From Bellilinea sp. (GTDB taxonomy: Bacteria; Chloroflexota; Anaerolineae; Anaerolineales; Anaerolineaceae): a stretch of 64,000 nt of DNA. Below are positions 51,992 to 61,262 of the stretch, piece after piece. The DNA lies in contig DAISHK010000008.1 in the NCBI GenBank assembly GCA_036822575.1, positions 19,514 to 83,513 of the forward strand, in the 5' to 3' direction. The notes beneath the pieces are model-generated. The model did not search any database. It was not told the origin of the DNA and was given only the letters and a program-made list of their open reading frames with translations. Each line of letters starts with the position of its first letter. Within the stretch, counting starts at the first letter, position 1. The translations under genes and the position numbers were made by a program.

Positions 51992-52807
51992 ATGCCCGCC
52001 GTACAATTAAGCCGCCTGAAAGAGCAAATTCAACTGCTTGCCACCACCTTTGACCAGCCAGAAAACTTCCTGCGCGGCGTGAAAGGTGTATTTGAGCAAT
52101 ACGCGGATCACACCTTTCGCCCGGCGCAGACGGTGAAAAAAGCCGTTCTGGCTGCGCCATCCTACCACGCACCGGCTGTGGTGGTTAATCAGCTTGAACT
52201 GGCCATTCACCAATGGGCGCAGATCTACCCCAACGAAAGTTTTGCTACCGCCCAGGCGCTCTGGCGAGACAGCATGCTGGAAACGCGAATTTTAGGCGCC
52301 AGTACGCTCGGTTCAATTCCGGCTGAGTTCAATCAGCAGGTCGTCCGCAAGATCATTGATTGGACTCAGCCTGGAGAAGACCGGATCTTGCTGGAGCTGT
52401 TATTTGACCATGCTACACGCACGCTGCGCCAGCGCAGCCCGCACTTCTGGCTGGAGCAGATCCGCGCCTGGATGCTCGACCCGGCCGTAAATATGCAGCG
52501 GATCGGCTTGCTGGCTTTGCTGCCCCTGGTCAACGACCGGGCCTTTGAAAACCTGCCGGCAGTTTTTAACAGTTTGGGACCGGTTTTGCAGGAAAACCCC
52601 AAGGCATTGCAAAGCGAGTTGAAGAATATTCTGGTCGCGCTGGCGCTTCGTTCACCGACCGAAACGCTCTATTTTCTGAAACAAATGTTTGGCCTGGGCG
52701 CATCCGAAGACCTGCTGCGCTTAATCCGCCGCAGCCTGCCAGATTTTCCGCCATCTGTACAGGAAAAACTGCGCGATAGCCTGCGGTCACAGCAGCGGCT
52801 GGGATAA
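51992..52807 (+). CDS. HEAT-repeat protein (DNA alkylation repair AlkD-like)
   Basis: All-helical composition, LWRDSMLETR; family assignment by pattern recall only. Confidence 0.55.
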   Translation: MPAVQLSRLKEQIQLLATTFDQPENFLRGVKGVFEQYADHTFRPAQTVKKAVLAAPSYHAPAVVVNQLELAIHQWAQIYPNESFATAQALWRDSMLETRILGASTLGSIPAEFNQQVVRKIIDWTQPGEDRILLELLFDHATRTLRQRSPHFWLEQIRAWMLDPAVNMQRIGLLALLPLVNDRAFENLPAVFNSLGPVLQENPKALQSELKNILVALALRSPTETLYFLKQMFGLGASEDLLRLIRRSLPDFPPSVQEKLRDSLRSQQRLG

Positions 52808-52858
52808 ATCCGATCGGCTTTGCGTAATTTACTGGCACTATTCAGAGAAAATAGTCTC

Positions 52859-52951
52859 TGGTATAATGTTCATGATGACTGGACCGGCTTTTGGCGCGGC
52901 TGAAAGCCTGGAGACCTGCTCACAAAATCTAAACAGGAGATAGCAGACGTC
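52859..52951 (+). promoter_or_regulatory. rpsO promoter (TGgTATAAT) and structured leader, probable S15 autoregulatory element
   Basis: Pairings ggcttt/aaagcc and ctgct/agcag; the latter encloses the RBS (AGGAG). Confidence 0.5.
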
Positions 52952-53224
52952 ATGCCTCTCAACAAAGAACTGAAAGTTGAAATTATCGATGGGTACCAGC
53001 GCCATGAAGGCGATACGGGTTCCCCGGAAGTGCAGATTGCGCTTCTGAGCAAACGGATTAGCCAGCTTACGGAACACCTGCGCAGCAACAAACACGATGA
53101 AAGCTCCCGCCGCGGCTTACTGAAACTGGTCGGCCAACGCCGCCGACTACTGGCCTACTTGCGCAAGAAAGACATCAATCGCTACCAGGCCATTATTGAA
53201 CGTTTGAATTTGCGCTATCGCTAA
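52952..53224 (+). CDS. rpsO: 30S ribosomal protein S15
   Basis: [27 protein letters not shown]. Confidence 0.98.
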   Translation: MPLNKELKVEIIDGYQRHEGDTGSPEVQIALLSKRISQLTEHLRSNKHDESSRRGLLKLVGQRRRLLAYLRKKDINRYQAIIERLNLRYR

Positions 53225-53238
53225 AACATGAAACACAC

Positions 53239-53278
53239 GAAAGGAGTAGATGGAAAATTGCTTTCATCTACTCCTTTC
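53239..53278 (+). terminator. Hairpin after rpsO
   Basis: gaaaggagtagatg...catctactcctttc (14-bp stem). Confidence 0.7.
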
Positions 53279-53320
53279 CTTGAAACCACCTTTTAGCGGT
53301 TCGCACGACACCAATTTATT

Positions 53321-53399
53321 TTACTTCCACGGTTGGGAATTGAAACCTGGTGAGGACGGGGTCCTCTGCAGTTTTCAGTCCCTAACCGCGTGGGGGTAA
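53321..53399 (+). promoter_or_regulatory. Long imperfect stem-loop in the pnp leader (probable RNase III site)
   Basis: ttacttccac-ggttggga..tgaaa..gaggac-ggg-gtcctc..tttca..ccctaacc-gtgggggtaa. Confidence 0.6.
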
Positions 53400-53411
53400 G
53401 GAAGGGCAATT

Positions 53412-55664
53412 ATGTCAAAACCAGAAGCCAAACAATACCGGGCTCAGGTGGGTGATGCTGTTATCACCATCGAAACCGGTAAACTCGCCTTGCAGGCTGG
53501 CGGTGCAGTCACCGTACGCCTGGGCGATTCAATCGTTTTTGCCGCCGCAACGATGGGCGGCGTCCGCGAGGGAACCGACTTTTTCCCGCTGACAGTTGAT
53601 TACGAAGAACGAATGTACGCCGGCGGACGCATTCCCGGCTCATTCTTCCGCCGCGAAGGCCGCCCGACTGAAGAAGCCATTCTGATCGCGCGCCTGACCG
53701 ACCGCCCCATCCGCCCGCTGTTCCCCAACAACATGCGCAACGATGTGCAGGTGATCATGTTCTCCGTTTCCGCTGATCAGGAAAACTCGCTGGATATGCT
53801 GGCCGTCAACGCCGCTTCGGCTGCCTTGATGGTTTCCGATATCCCCTGGGGCGGACCGATCGGCGCTGTCCGCATTGGACGCGTCAACGGCGAATTCATC
53901 GTCAATCCGACCTTCGCCCAGCGCGAAGAATCTGAACTTGACCTGCGCATCGCCGGCTCACGCGACGCTATCTTAATGGTGGAATGCGGCGCGCAGATCA
54001 TCTCCGAAGAAGTTATGGTTCAGGCGCTGCTCTTCGGCCATCAGGCCATGCAGCCCATCATTGACGCGCAGGAAAAGATGGCTGCCGAAATCGGCAAAGC
54101 CAAACGCGAAGTTGAGCTGAAAAGCCTGGACGAGAGCTATGTCGAGACCATGCGCAATCGCGCTCTGGGTGAGATCGAGAACCTGTTCATCACCCCGCAC
54201 AACAAAGCCGAACTCTACAGCGGCCTGGACCTGCTGAAAGCTGCTGTGGTAGCCGAACTGGCCGGCGAAGACGACCAGCTCAAGAAAGATTACAGCGAAG
54301 CTTTCGAAGAAGTAGAAAAATCCTACGTGCGCAATCGCATTCTTAACGAAGGCGCGCGCCCCGATGGACGCAAGACGGATGAAATCCGCCCGATCTGGTG
54401 CGAGGTGGATGTTTCACCACGCGCGCATGGCTCGGGTTTGTTCACCCGCGGCGAAACCCAGGTACTGACCCTGGCAACCCTGGGCACCCCCAAGGAAGCC
54501 CAGGAGCTGGACAACCTCGGCCCGGCCGATATGAAACGCTATATTCACCATTACAACTTCCCGCCCTACTCCACGGGCGAGGTCAAGCCGCTGCGCGGTC
54601 AGTCCCGCCGCGAAATCGGTCATGGCGCGCTGGCTGAACGCGCACTCGTCCCGGTGATTCCGGACGAAAAAGCCTTCCCGTACACCCTGCGCCTGGTTTC
54701 CGAAGTTTTAGCCTCGAACGGCTCTTCTTCTATGGCTTCCGTGTGCGGTTCCACCCTGGCTTTGATGGATACCGGTGTACCCATCTTAGCGCCTGTAGCC
54801 GGCGTGGCTATGGGATTGATCAAAGAAGGCGACCGCTTCAGCATCCTGACGGATATCCAGGGCATGGAAGACCACCTGGGTGACATGGACTTCAAAGTTG
54901 CCGGCACCAGCGAAGGCATCACCGCGCTGCAGATGGATATCAAGATCAAGGGCATCACCGCCGAGATCATGACCCTGGCCCTTGAACAGGCCCGCAAAGC
55001 GCGCCTGTTCATCCTGGGCAAAATGCTTGAGGTGCTGCCGAAACCGCGGCCCGAGTTGAAATCGCACGCACCGCGCATTACCACGGTCAAAGTGCCCATT
55101 GAAAAAATCGGCGCGATCATCGGCCCTGGCGGCAAGAATATCCGCGCTTTGCAGGAAGAAACCAAGACCAAAATCGATATCGACGATGACGGCACAGTCT
55201 ATATCGCCGCAACCGATGGCCTCAGCGAAGCGGCTGCCCGCGAACGCATCGAAGCCCTGGTTGAAGTTCCGCGTCTGGGACAGATTTACACCGGCAAGGT
55301 CGTGCGAATCGCCGATTTCGGCGCGTTTGTCGAGATCCTGCCCAATATTGATGGCATGGTACACATTTCTCAGTTAGACAGCGAGCGCGTCGCGCGGGTT
55401 GAAGACGTGGTCGGGCTGGGCGACGAAATCACCGTGATGGTCACCGGCATCGATGACGCCGGTAAAGTCCGGCTCTCGCGCCAGGCTGTGCTTGAAGGCT
55501 GGACGTTAGAAGAGGCCCAGGCCAGTGACCGCGACAATCGCAGCCGCAACAGCGGCGGTGGTGGTGGCCGCTCTGGCGGCGGCGGACGGCCCGGTGGCGG
55601 CAATCGCCCGGGCGGCGGACGTCCCGGCGGGCGCGATGACCGCCGCGGCGGCGGACGCTACTAA
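53412..55664 (+). CDS. pnp: Polyribonucleotide nucleotidyltransferase
   Basis: [25 protein letters not shown] (IIGPGGK), S1 and an RGG-rich tail. Confidence 0.98.
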   Translation: MSKPEAKQYRAQVGDAVITIETGKLALQAGGAVTVRLGDSIVFAAATMGGVREGTDFFPLTVDYEERMYAGGRIPGSFFRREGRPTEEAILIARLTDRPIRPLFPNNMRNDVQVIMFSVSADQENSLDMLAVNAASAALMVSDIPWGGPIGAVRIGRVNGEFIVNPTFAQREESELDLRIAGSRDAILMVECGAQIISEEVMVQALLFGHQAMQPIIDAQEKMAAEIGKAKREVELKSLDESYVETMRNRALGEIENLFITPHNKAELYSGLDLLKAAVVAELAGEDDQLKKDYSEAFEEVEKSYVRNRILNEGARPDGRKTDEIRPIWCEVDVSPRAHGSGLFTRGETQVLTLATLGTPKEAQELDNLGPADMKRYIHHYNFPPYSTGEVKPLRGQSRREIGHGALAERALVPVIPDEKAFPYTLRLVSEVLASNGSSSMASVCGSTLALMDTGVPILAPVAGVAMGLIKEGDRFSILTDIQGMEDHLGDMDFKVAGTSEGITALQMDIKIKGITAEIMTLALEQARKARLFILGKMLEVLPKPRPELKSHAPRITTVKVPIEKIGAIIGPGGKNIRALQEETKTKIDIDDDGTVYIAATDGLSEAAARERIEALVEVPRLGQIYTGKVVRIADFGAFVEILPNIDGMVHISQLDSERVARVEDVVGLGDEITVMVTGIDDAGKVRLSRQAVLEGWTLEEAQASDRDNRSRNSGGGGGRSGGGGRPGGGNRPGGGRPGGRDDRRGGGRY

Positions 55665-55671
55665 GAAAATG

Positions 55672-55703
55672 AAACGGCTGCTCAAAAGAGCAGCCGTTTT
55701 TTT
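55672..55703. terminator. Bidirectional terminator between pnp and murE
   Basis: aaacggctgctc-aaaa-gagcagccgttttttt. Confidence 0.85.
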
Positions 55704-55727
55704 GTTCTTCTTAATTTCAACGACCTG

Positions 55728-57305
55728 TCAATCGTCCACAGCGGGCAAATAAGGCATATTTTCGCCTTCCAGGTGTAAATGCTCGCCGAGGGCTGCGCGC
55801 AAGGCGCTGCGGTCGTCCCAGGCGTATTCTGTGACGCCAAAACACATCGACTGCTCATGACCTTTGCCCAGCGCCAGCACCAGGTCACCTGGCTGAGCCA
55901 GGCGTACCGCCAGACGCATTGCTTCACGCCGGTCGGGAACCCGGAAAAAATTCTGACCCTCGACGCCGCCTTGAGCGGCGGCCGCCGCGGCCATTTCCGC
56001 TAAAATTTGATTCAGGGATTCTGTGCGCGGGTCTTCGGCGGTCAGAATCGAAATATCCGCCAGCCGCGCCGATTCGGCCGCCATCAGCCGCCGCTTTTCC
56101 CGGTCACGCAGGCCGGCCGAACCAAATACGGCAATCACCCGTCCCTGCGTAATTTTCCGGGCAGTTTCCAGCGTGACCTTCAATGCGTTGGGCGTGTGCG
56201 CGAAATCAACAATCGCTGAAAAATCCTGGCCAAGGTCAATGCGCTCCATCCGGCCCGGAACTGCCTGCAAAGCGGCAATACCGCGCGCTGCGGCTGCGGG
56301 GTCAATTCCCAGGCCAATTACAGCCGCGCTGAAAGCCGCCAGAATATTGGAAACATTGTAATCGCCAATAAAATCGCTCTGGATCAACTGCGTCCGGCCA
56401 TCTGGCAAGTGAACCATGAAATGCATCGCGCCTGGGGTATGCACAATATCAGTGGCAGATACGTCCGCCTGATCGGTCAGGCCATAACTTACCTGTGGAG
56501 TCTGAATGCGCTCGTGCAGCCCGGTATAGGAACGATCGTCAAAATTAAGCACCGCCAGGCGCGGATTACCCTGCGGCTTAGGCAAGGTGTGCTGTAAATG
56601 ATCAAACAGACGCGCTTTGGCGCTGAAATAGTTGGTGTAGGTTTTGTGATAATCCAGGTGTTCGTGGGTGATATTGGTGACCACCCCCAGATCAAATTCA
56701 CAGGCCGTTACGCGGTCCTGAGCCAGCCCATGCGAAGTCGATTCGAGCACGACATGCGTCAGCCCAGCCGCGCGCATCAACGCCAGATAACGCTGCACGT
56801 CAGGCGCTTCCGGCGTGGTCACGTGGAACCCAGTATCCAGCTCCTCCTGACCGATAATCGCGTTCACCGTTGAGATCATTCCCGCACGCAGGCCGGCAGC
56901 CAACAAAATCTGGTACAAGAAATTGGAGGTGGTAGTTTTCCCATCCGTTCCGGTGACCCCGATCACCGTCAGACTGCGAGCCGGAAAATCATAGGCCGCC
57001 GCTGAAAGCCATGCCAGCGCACTGCGCGAATCTTCCACCTGAAGATAAGGAATGGGCGCAGCGACCGTTTCAACCGGATGAAAGCCAATGGCTGCCACTG
57101 CGCCGCGTTCCGCCGCAGCGCGGATATACGCATGCCCATCACTGCTGCCGCCAGGCAAAGCCACAAACAAATCGCCTGGGGTCACTTTGCGTGAATCAAG
57201 CTGGATGCCGCTTACCCAAACTTCTCCCGCAGGCAGCGGATTGAGCGGTCTGATTCCAGATGATTGAACGAGTTCCGCCAACGGCTTTTTGAAATTGATC
57301 TGCAA
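55728..57305 (-). CDS. murE: UDP-MurNAc-dipeptide--diamino-acid ligase
   Basis: GTDGKTTT, TTPEA, HEHLDYH, DFAHTP, EDPR, GKGHE. Confidence 0.95.
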   Translation of the reverse strand: MQINFKKPLAELVQSSGIRPLNPLPAGEVWVSGIQLDSRKVTPGDLFVALPGGSSDGHAYIRAAAERGAVAAIGFHPVETVAAPIPYLQVEDSRSALAWLSAAAYDFPARSLTVIGVTGTDGKTTTSNFLYQILLAAGLRAGMISTVNAIIGQEELDTGFHVTTPEAPDVQRYLALMRAAGLTHVVLESTSHGLAQDRVTACEFDLGVVTNITHEHLDYHKTYTNYFSAKARLFDHLQHTLPKPQGNPRLAVLNFDDRSYTGLHERIQTPQVSYGLTDQADVSATDIVHTPGAMHFMVHLPDGRTQLIQSDFIGDYNVSNILAAFSAAVIGLGIDPAAAARGIAALQAVPGRMERIDLGQDFSAIVDFAHTPNALKVTLETARKITQGRVIAVFGSAGLRDREKRRLMAAESARLADISILTAEDPRTESLNQILAEMAAAAAAQGGVEGQNFFRVPDRREAMRLAVRLAQPGDLVLALGKGHEQSMCFGVTEYAWDDRSALRAALGEHLHLEGENMPYLPAVDD

Positions 57306-57370
57306 AATTCGCTCCTCAAGATAGCCGGTAATTTGATATCGGGCACAATTTTAACCCATATCCGAGGTAC

Positions 57371-57405
57371 AAAAAAGCCCCCCACGCAGACCGTGAGGGG
57401 CCTTT
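57371..57405 (-). terminator. Intrinsic terminator after atpF
   Basis: Minus strand ggcccctcacg...cgtggggggctttttt. Confidence 0.7.
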
Positions 57406-57425
57406 CACCTCAATCGAAAAGACAA

Positions 57426-58163
57426 TTATTCAAGCGACTGGCGCAGGTTGTTCAACTGTCCGGCGACAGAACCATCGACCACATGATCGCCGACACGCAC
57501 AACCAGCCCGCCCAGGATTTTCGGGTCCACACGGAAGGAAACCGACGGCGCGCCGCCGGCTTTGGCAAGAATATCCTTTTTAACGGCATCCTGCTCATCC
57601 GCAGTCAGCGGCAGCGCGCTGATGACCTCAGCCGCCTGGCCGGAAATGGATTCGCCTTCCAGCACAATGACCTTGCCGGCGCGGACTCCGGAGAAGAACT
57701 CTTCCAGCAAAGTGCGCTGGCGCTGTTCGTCAAGGGTAGCGCCGATCAGTTTCTGCGTGGCAGCCATTGCCAGAGCAGCAACCTGTCCGCGCACTTCGCT
57801 CAGCACACGGTCGCGTTCCTGTTCAATTTCAACTTTGGCCGCTTCACGGTTTTTCGCCAGTTCAGCGTCCACGCCATTGCGAACTTCCAACGCAGCCGCT
57901 TCGGCGCGCTGCGTAGCGTCACGCACAACTTCAGCGGCTTTGGCCTGCGCTTCAGCCAGAATCTTTCCAGATTCCTTTTCAGCGTTGGCGCGTGCTTCAC
58001 CGGCAATACGGGCATCTTCCAACCCCTGCGCAACCGTCTGGCGGCGCTTTTCGAGCATGCCCATCAGCGGTTTGTAAACCCAGGCACGCAGCGTCACAAA
58101 GACGATGCCAAAGCTCACGATTTGGATCAACAAAAAGCCAAGATTAATACCTAATGCTTCCAA
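57426..58163 (-). CDS. atpF: ATP synthase F0 subunit b fused to a delta C-terminal domain
   Basis: TM plus coiled coil; C-terminal SALPL...VDPKILGGLVVRVGDHVVDGSV. Confidence 0.92.
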   Translation of the reverse strand: MEALGINLGFLLIQIVSFGIVFVTLRAWVYKPLMGMLEKRRQTVAQGLEDARIAGEARANAEKESGKILAEAQAKAAEVVRDATQRAEAAALEVRNGVDAELAKNREAAKVEIEQERDRVLSEVRGQVAALAMAATQKLIGATLDEQRQRTLLEEFFSGVRAGKVIVLEGESISGQAAEVISALPLTADEQDAVKKDILAKAGGAPSVSFRVDPKILGGLVVRVGDHVVDGSVAGQLNNLRQSLE

Positions 58164-58187
58164 GGCGTCCTCCTATGATTTTGGTTA

Positions 58188-58424
58188 TTACAGAACAAAG
58201 AGCATCAAGAACGCCACGACCAAACAGTAAATTGCGATAGCTTCCGAGAACGCAATACCTAAAATCATGTTGGTCAGCAGGTTACCATACGCATCTGGGT
58301 TGCGGGCCATACCGCTCAACGCACCCTGTACGCTCAGACCAATACCCACGCCAGCGCCTAACGCGCCGATCATGGAAAGACCTGCCCCGATAAATTTTGC
58401 TGCCTGAATAATATCGCCAGTCAT
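58188..58424 (-). CDS. atpE: ATP synthase F0 subunit c
   Basis: GAGVGIG, ARNP, FSEAIAIY. Confidence 0.96.
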   Translation of the reverse strand: MTGDIIQAAKFIGAGLSMIGALGAGVGIGLSVQGALSGMARNPDAYGNLLTNMILGIAFSEAIAIYCLVVAFLMLFVL

Positions 58425-58475
58425 CGCTTAATCGCCTCCAAAAAAAGATGATCCGTGAAAAGTTATTGTTATAGA

Positions 58476-59444
58476 TTAGTGGTGTTCTTCGCTGCCGTGG
58501 CCCTGAGTAGCCATCGCCATAAAGACCATCGTCAGCATACCGAAAACGAAAGCCTGAATGACTGCCATAAATGCCTCAAACATGTAAATCATGGCCGGGG
58601 CAAAAATGGGGACCATAGAACCAACCAGAGCGACCAGTACGAAACCGGAAAACATCACGCCAAATAGACGGAATGTAAAAGATAGGATTTTCGCCAGCTC
58701 TGAAATCAACTCCAGAATGCCGACGATGAAATCCATAAAGCCGAAAGCCGGCTTTGAGAACATGGTGGTGAAGTTCAAAAACTTCGAAAAATAACGGATC
58801 CCTTGAGCCTGTACACCGATCACCTGTGTCATGAAGACGGAAATCAGCGCCAGCGCCAGGGTGAAGTTTAAGTCAGTTGATAATGTACGGAAGAATGGGA
58901 CCAACGTATACCCGGCGCCTTCGTGGGCTTCCGCATTGGTAATGGTCAGCATCCCAGCAACCGTTTCAACCGCATGGCCGTGATCCGATTGGCGCAGCAG
59001 GCCAATGGTTTCCATACCGGGCAATAGCTCCATCAAGTTCGCAACCAGAACCACCAAAAGGATAGTCGCGAACCATGGGAAAATTTTCTTTGCCCATTTT
59101 CCCGCCGAAGATTCCGTCAGGTTGTATAACATTTCCACAACCATTTCCATTGCTCCGGAAATGCCGTGGGGTACCAGATCTCCCTTGCGCAGTGACTGGC
59201 GTACAGCAAACGCCAGGCCGATCAAAATTAGATCGACCACCAGCAGGGAAGGCAGACTATTAACCAGATAAAAATCGCCAAGCCAGCCAAGGTTAAACAA
59301 TGGCTCTTCAACAATTCTCTCTGGAGCTACCTGAATGTGGGGCTGGACCGGATAGATCATGTTTACCGCTACTATACTTAAGAGAATAAACAGTAAAACA
59401 ATCCACCGATTAACACCCCACCGCCACTTACGAGTCTTCTCCAA
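58476..59444 (-). CDS. atpB: ATP synthase F0 subunit a
   Basis: STDLN, LSFTFRLFG, IQAFVF. Confidence 0.95.
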   Translation of the reverse strand: MEKTRKWRWGVNRWIVLLFILLSIVAVNMIYPVQPHIQVAPERIVEEPLFNLGWLGDFYLVNSLPSLLVVDLILIGLAFAVRQSLRKGDLVPHGISGAMEMVVEMLYNLTESSAGKWAKKIFPWFATILLVVLVANLMELLPGMETIGLLRQSDHGHAVETVAGMLTITNAEAHEGAGYTLVPFFRTLSTDLNFTLALALISVFMTQVIGVQAQGIRYFSKFLNFTTMFSKPAFGFMDFIVGILELISELAKILSFTFRLFGVMFSGFVLVALVGSMVPIFAPAMIYMFEAFMAVIQAFVFGMLTMVFMAMATQGHGSEEHH

Positions 59445-59461
59445 TGAGGGCCTCCTTAAAA

Positions 59462-59758
59462 TTAATTCCTGTCTTCCGTCGGTTCTGTGGTGTTGGATTC
59501 AGAATTGGTTTTAATCTTATTAACTGCAATGCGTACAACGAAGAACATTCCTCCCAATGAGAGAGGAATGCTCGCCAGTAAAAGCCCTACTGTGAACCAG
59601 GGTCTGGTCATGAAGTGATTGTCCAGCCAAATCCCGCCAAATACGGCTGCAAGTACAACAACCAGCGTTAAACACCCTACCTGCGCAGTGACTCCTGCGA
59701 TGGTAAGGTTAAAAAACTTCTGCCGGCGTGAGGAATCACCTGCGTCGGAACGGTTCAT
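59462..59758 (-). CDS. AtpZ/AtpI-family membrane protein
   Basis: GIWLDNHF..RPWFT motif; first gene of the atp unit. Confidence 0.8.
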   Translation of the reverse strand: MNRSDAGDSSRRQKFFNLTIAGVTAQVGCLTLVVVLAAVFGGIWLDNHFMTRPWFTVGLLLASIPLSLGGMFFVVRIAVNKIKTNSESNTTEPTEDRN

Positions 59759-59767
59759 AACGAAAAA

Positions 59768-59796
59768 ATTATATCAGAATGAAAATTTGACGTCAA
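59768..59796 (-). promoter_or_regulatory. Sigma70 promoter of the F0 operon, overlapping the nuoN stop
   Basis: TTGACG-N17-TATAAT, 9 nt before the ATG. Confidence 0.7.
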
Positions 59797-61262
59797 TAAG
59801 CCCATAAGGCAAGCGCAGCTCCTTGCGAAAGAGAGTACCACGGGGCAAACCAGATGCCCAGCAGGAAAATACCCAGAACACAGATGCCTAAAGCAACTTT
59901 CCAGGCTGCGCCCTGCGCAGGCACTGTTTTTTCTTCAGCCGGGGCATCCAGGTACATCACTTTCAAGATTTTCAAATAGTAGTATAAGCTGATGACGGCG
60001 TTGAAGATGCCGACGATGACCAGCCAGTACATATGGGCATCCACTGCCGCCCCAAAGACCAGCAGTTTGCTGAAGAAACCGGCAAACGGCGGTACCCCGC
60101 CGAGCGAAAGCATGGCAGCCAGCATGGCCAGGGCCAGGGCCGGAGCACGGCGGCTGAGCCCGCTTAATGCCGCAATTTCATCGGAGCCGGTGCGATTTTC
60201 CACCACGGACACAATGCCAAAGGCTGCCAGGTTAGTCACCAGGTAAGCAATCAGGTAATAAACGGTAGCAGTGCCGCCAAATTCGGTTCCAGCAGCCAGG
60301 CCAATTAGAATATAACCCGCCTGAGCGATGGAGGAATAAGCCAGCAGACGCTTCATGTTTTTCTGCGCCAAAGCCAGATAGTTGCCCAATAGCATGCTGG
60401 CAGTTGCCAGAATGGCGATCAAAATGGACCAGGCCGGACCTTGATCTGCGAACACGACCTGCAGGATGCGCAGTGCACCCGCAAAGCCAGCCGCTTTCGA
60501 GGCTGTCGAAAGAAAGCCCGAGACCGGCGTCGGCGCGCCTTGATATACGTCTGGCGCCCAGAAATGGAAGGGTGCGGCAGAAATCTTGAAAGCCAGCCCC
60601 ACCATGACCAGGGCCATTACACCGATCAGCAAGCCAGACATGCCACTCTGCCCCGCCAAAGCGTCGCGGATGGCGTACATTTGCGTGGTGCCGGTTATAC
60701 CGTAGAGCAGGCTAAAACCATACAGCATGATCGCCGAGGTCATTGCGCCGAAAAGCAGGTACTTGATGCCAGCCTCGACGGATTGCTCCTTGCGAATCAA
60801 GAAACCAGACAGCACGTACAGCGGAATGGCTGTCGTTTCAATCGCCAGATACAGCATAATCAGATCGGCGGATGAGGCCACCAGGCACATACCCAGGGTG
60901 CTGATCAGCAGCAAGGTATAGAACTCGCCGCGGGCGCGCAGCCATTCATATTGGCTGGCGAACAGGGCCGTCATGGCGGCACCACAGAGGAACACCAGGC
61001 GGAAAACAAAACCGGCCTGATCAAAGCGCAGCATGCCGCCCCAAACCAGTTCACCTTGTGTGCCTGGCTGCGTCGCAAAAACCGCCAGCGCCATGATCAC
61101 CACCAGCCCGCCGGCGGTGATCCAACTTAAGGACTTGGCGCGAAGATCTTCCTTATACTTCCAGAGCAAATCCAGCCCCATCAGTACCAGCGCCAATATA
61201 ACCAGGCCCATTTCGGGCAGCAATGCAGCAAACATTTGAGGAGTGAACTCTCCGGCACTCAT
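59793..61262 (-). CDS. nuoN: NADH-quinone oxidoreductase subunit N
   Basis: EAGIKY, FKISAAPFHFWAPDVYQGAP, KRLLAYSSIAQAGY. Confidence 0.95.
   Translation of the reverse strand: MSAGEFTPQMFAALLPEMGLVILALVLMGLDLLWKYKEDLRAKSLSWITAGGLVVIMALAVFATQPGTQGELVWGGMLRFDQAGFVFRLVFLCGAAMTALFASQYEWLRARGEFYTLLLISTLGMCLVASSADLIMLYLAIETTAIPLYVLSGFLIRKEQSVEAGIKYLLFGAMTSAIMLYGFSLLYGITGTTQMYAIRDALAGQSGMSGLLIGVMALVMVGLAFKISAAPFHFWAPDVYQGAPTPVSGFLSTASKAAGFAGALRILQVVFADQGPAWSILIAILATASMLLGNYLALAQKNMKRLLAYSSIAQAGYILIGLAAGTEFGGTATVYYLIAYLVTNLAAFGIVSVVENRTGSDEIAALSGLSRRAPALALAMLAAMLSLGGVPPFAGFFSKLLVFGAAVDAHMYWLVIVGIFNAVISLYYYLKILKVMYLDAPAEEKTVPAQGAAWKVALGICVLGIFLLGIWFAPWYSLSQGAALALWAY

Noticed and set aside
57264..58154. 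296-aa plus-strand ORF and many similar antisense ORFs (e.g. 14828-15736, 21821-22591, 33355-34068)
   Set aside because: Antisense shadows of well-supported genes in GC-rich coding DNA.
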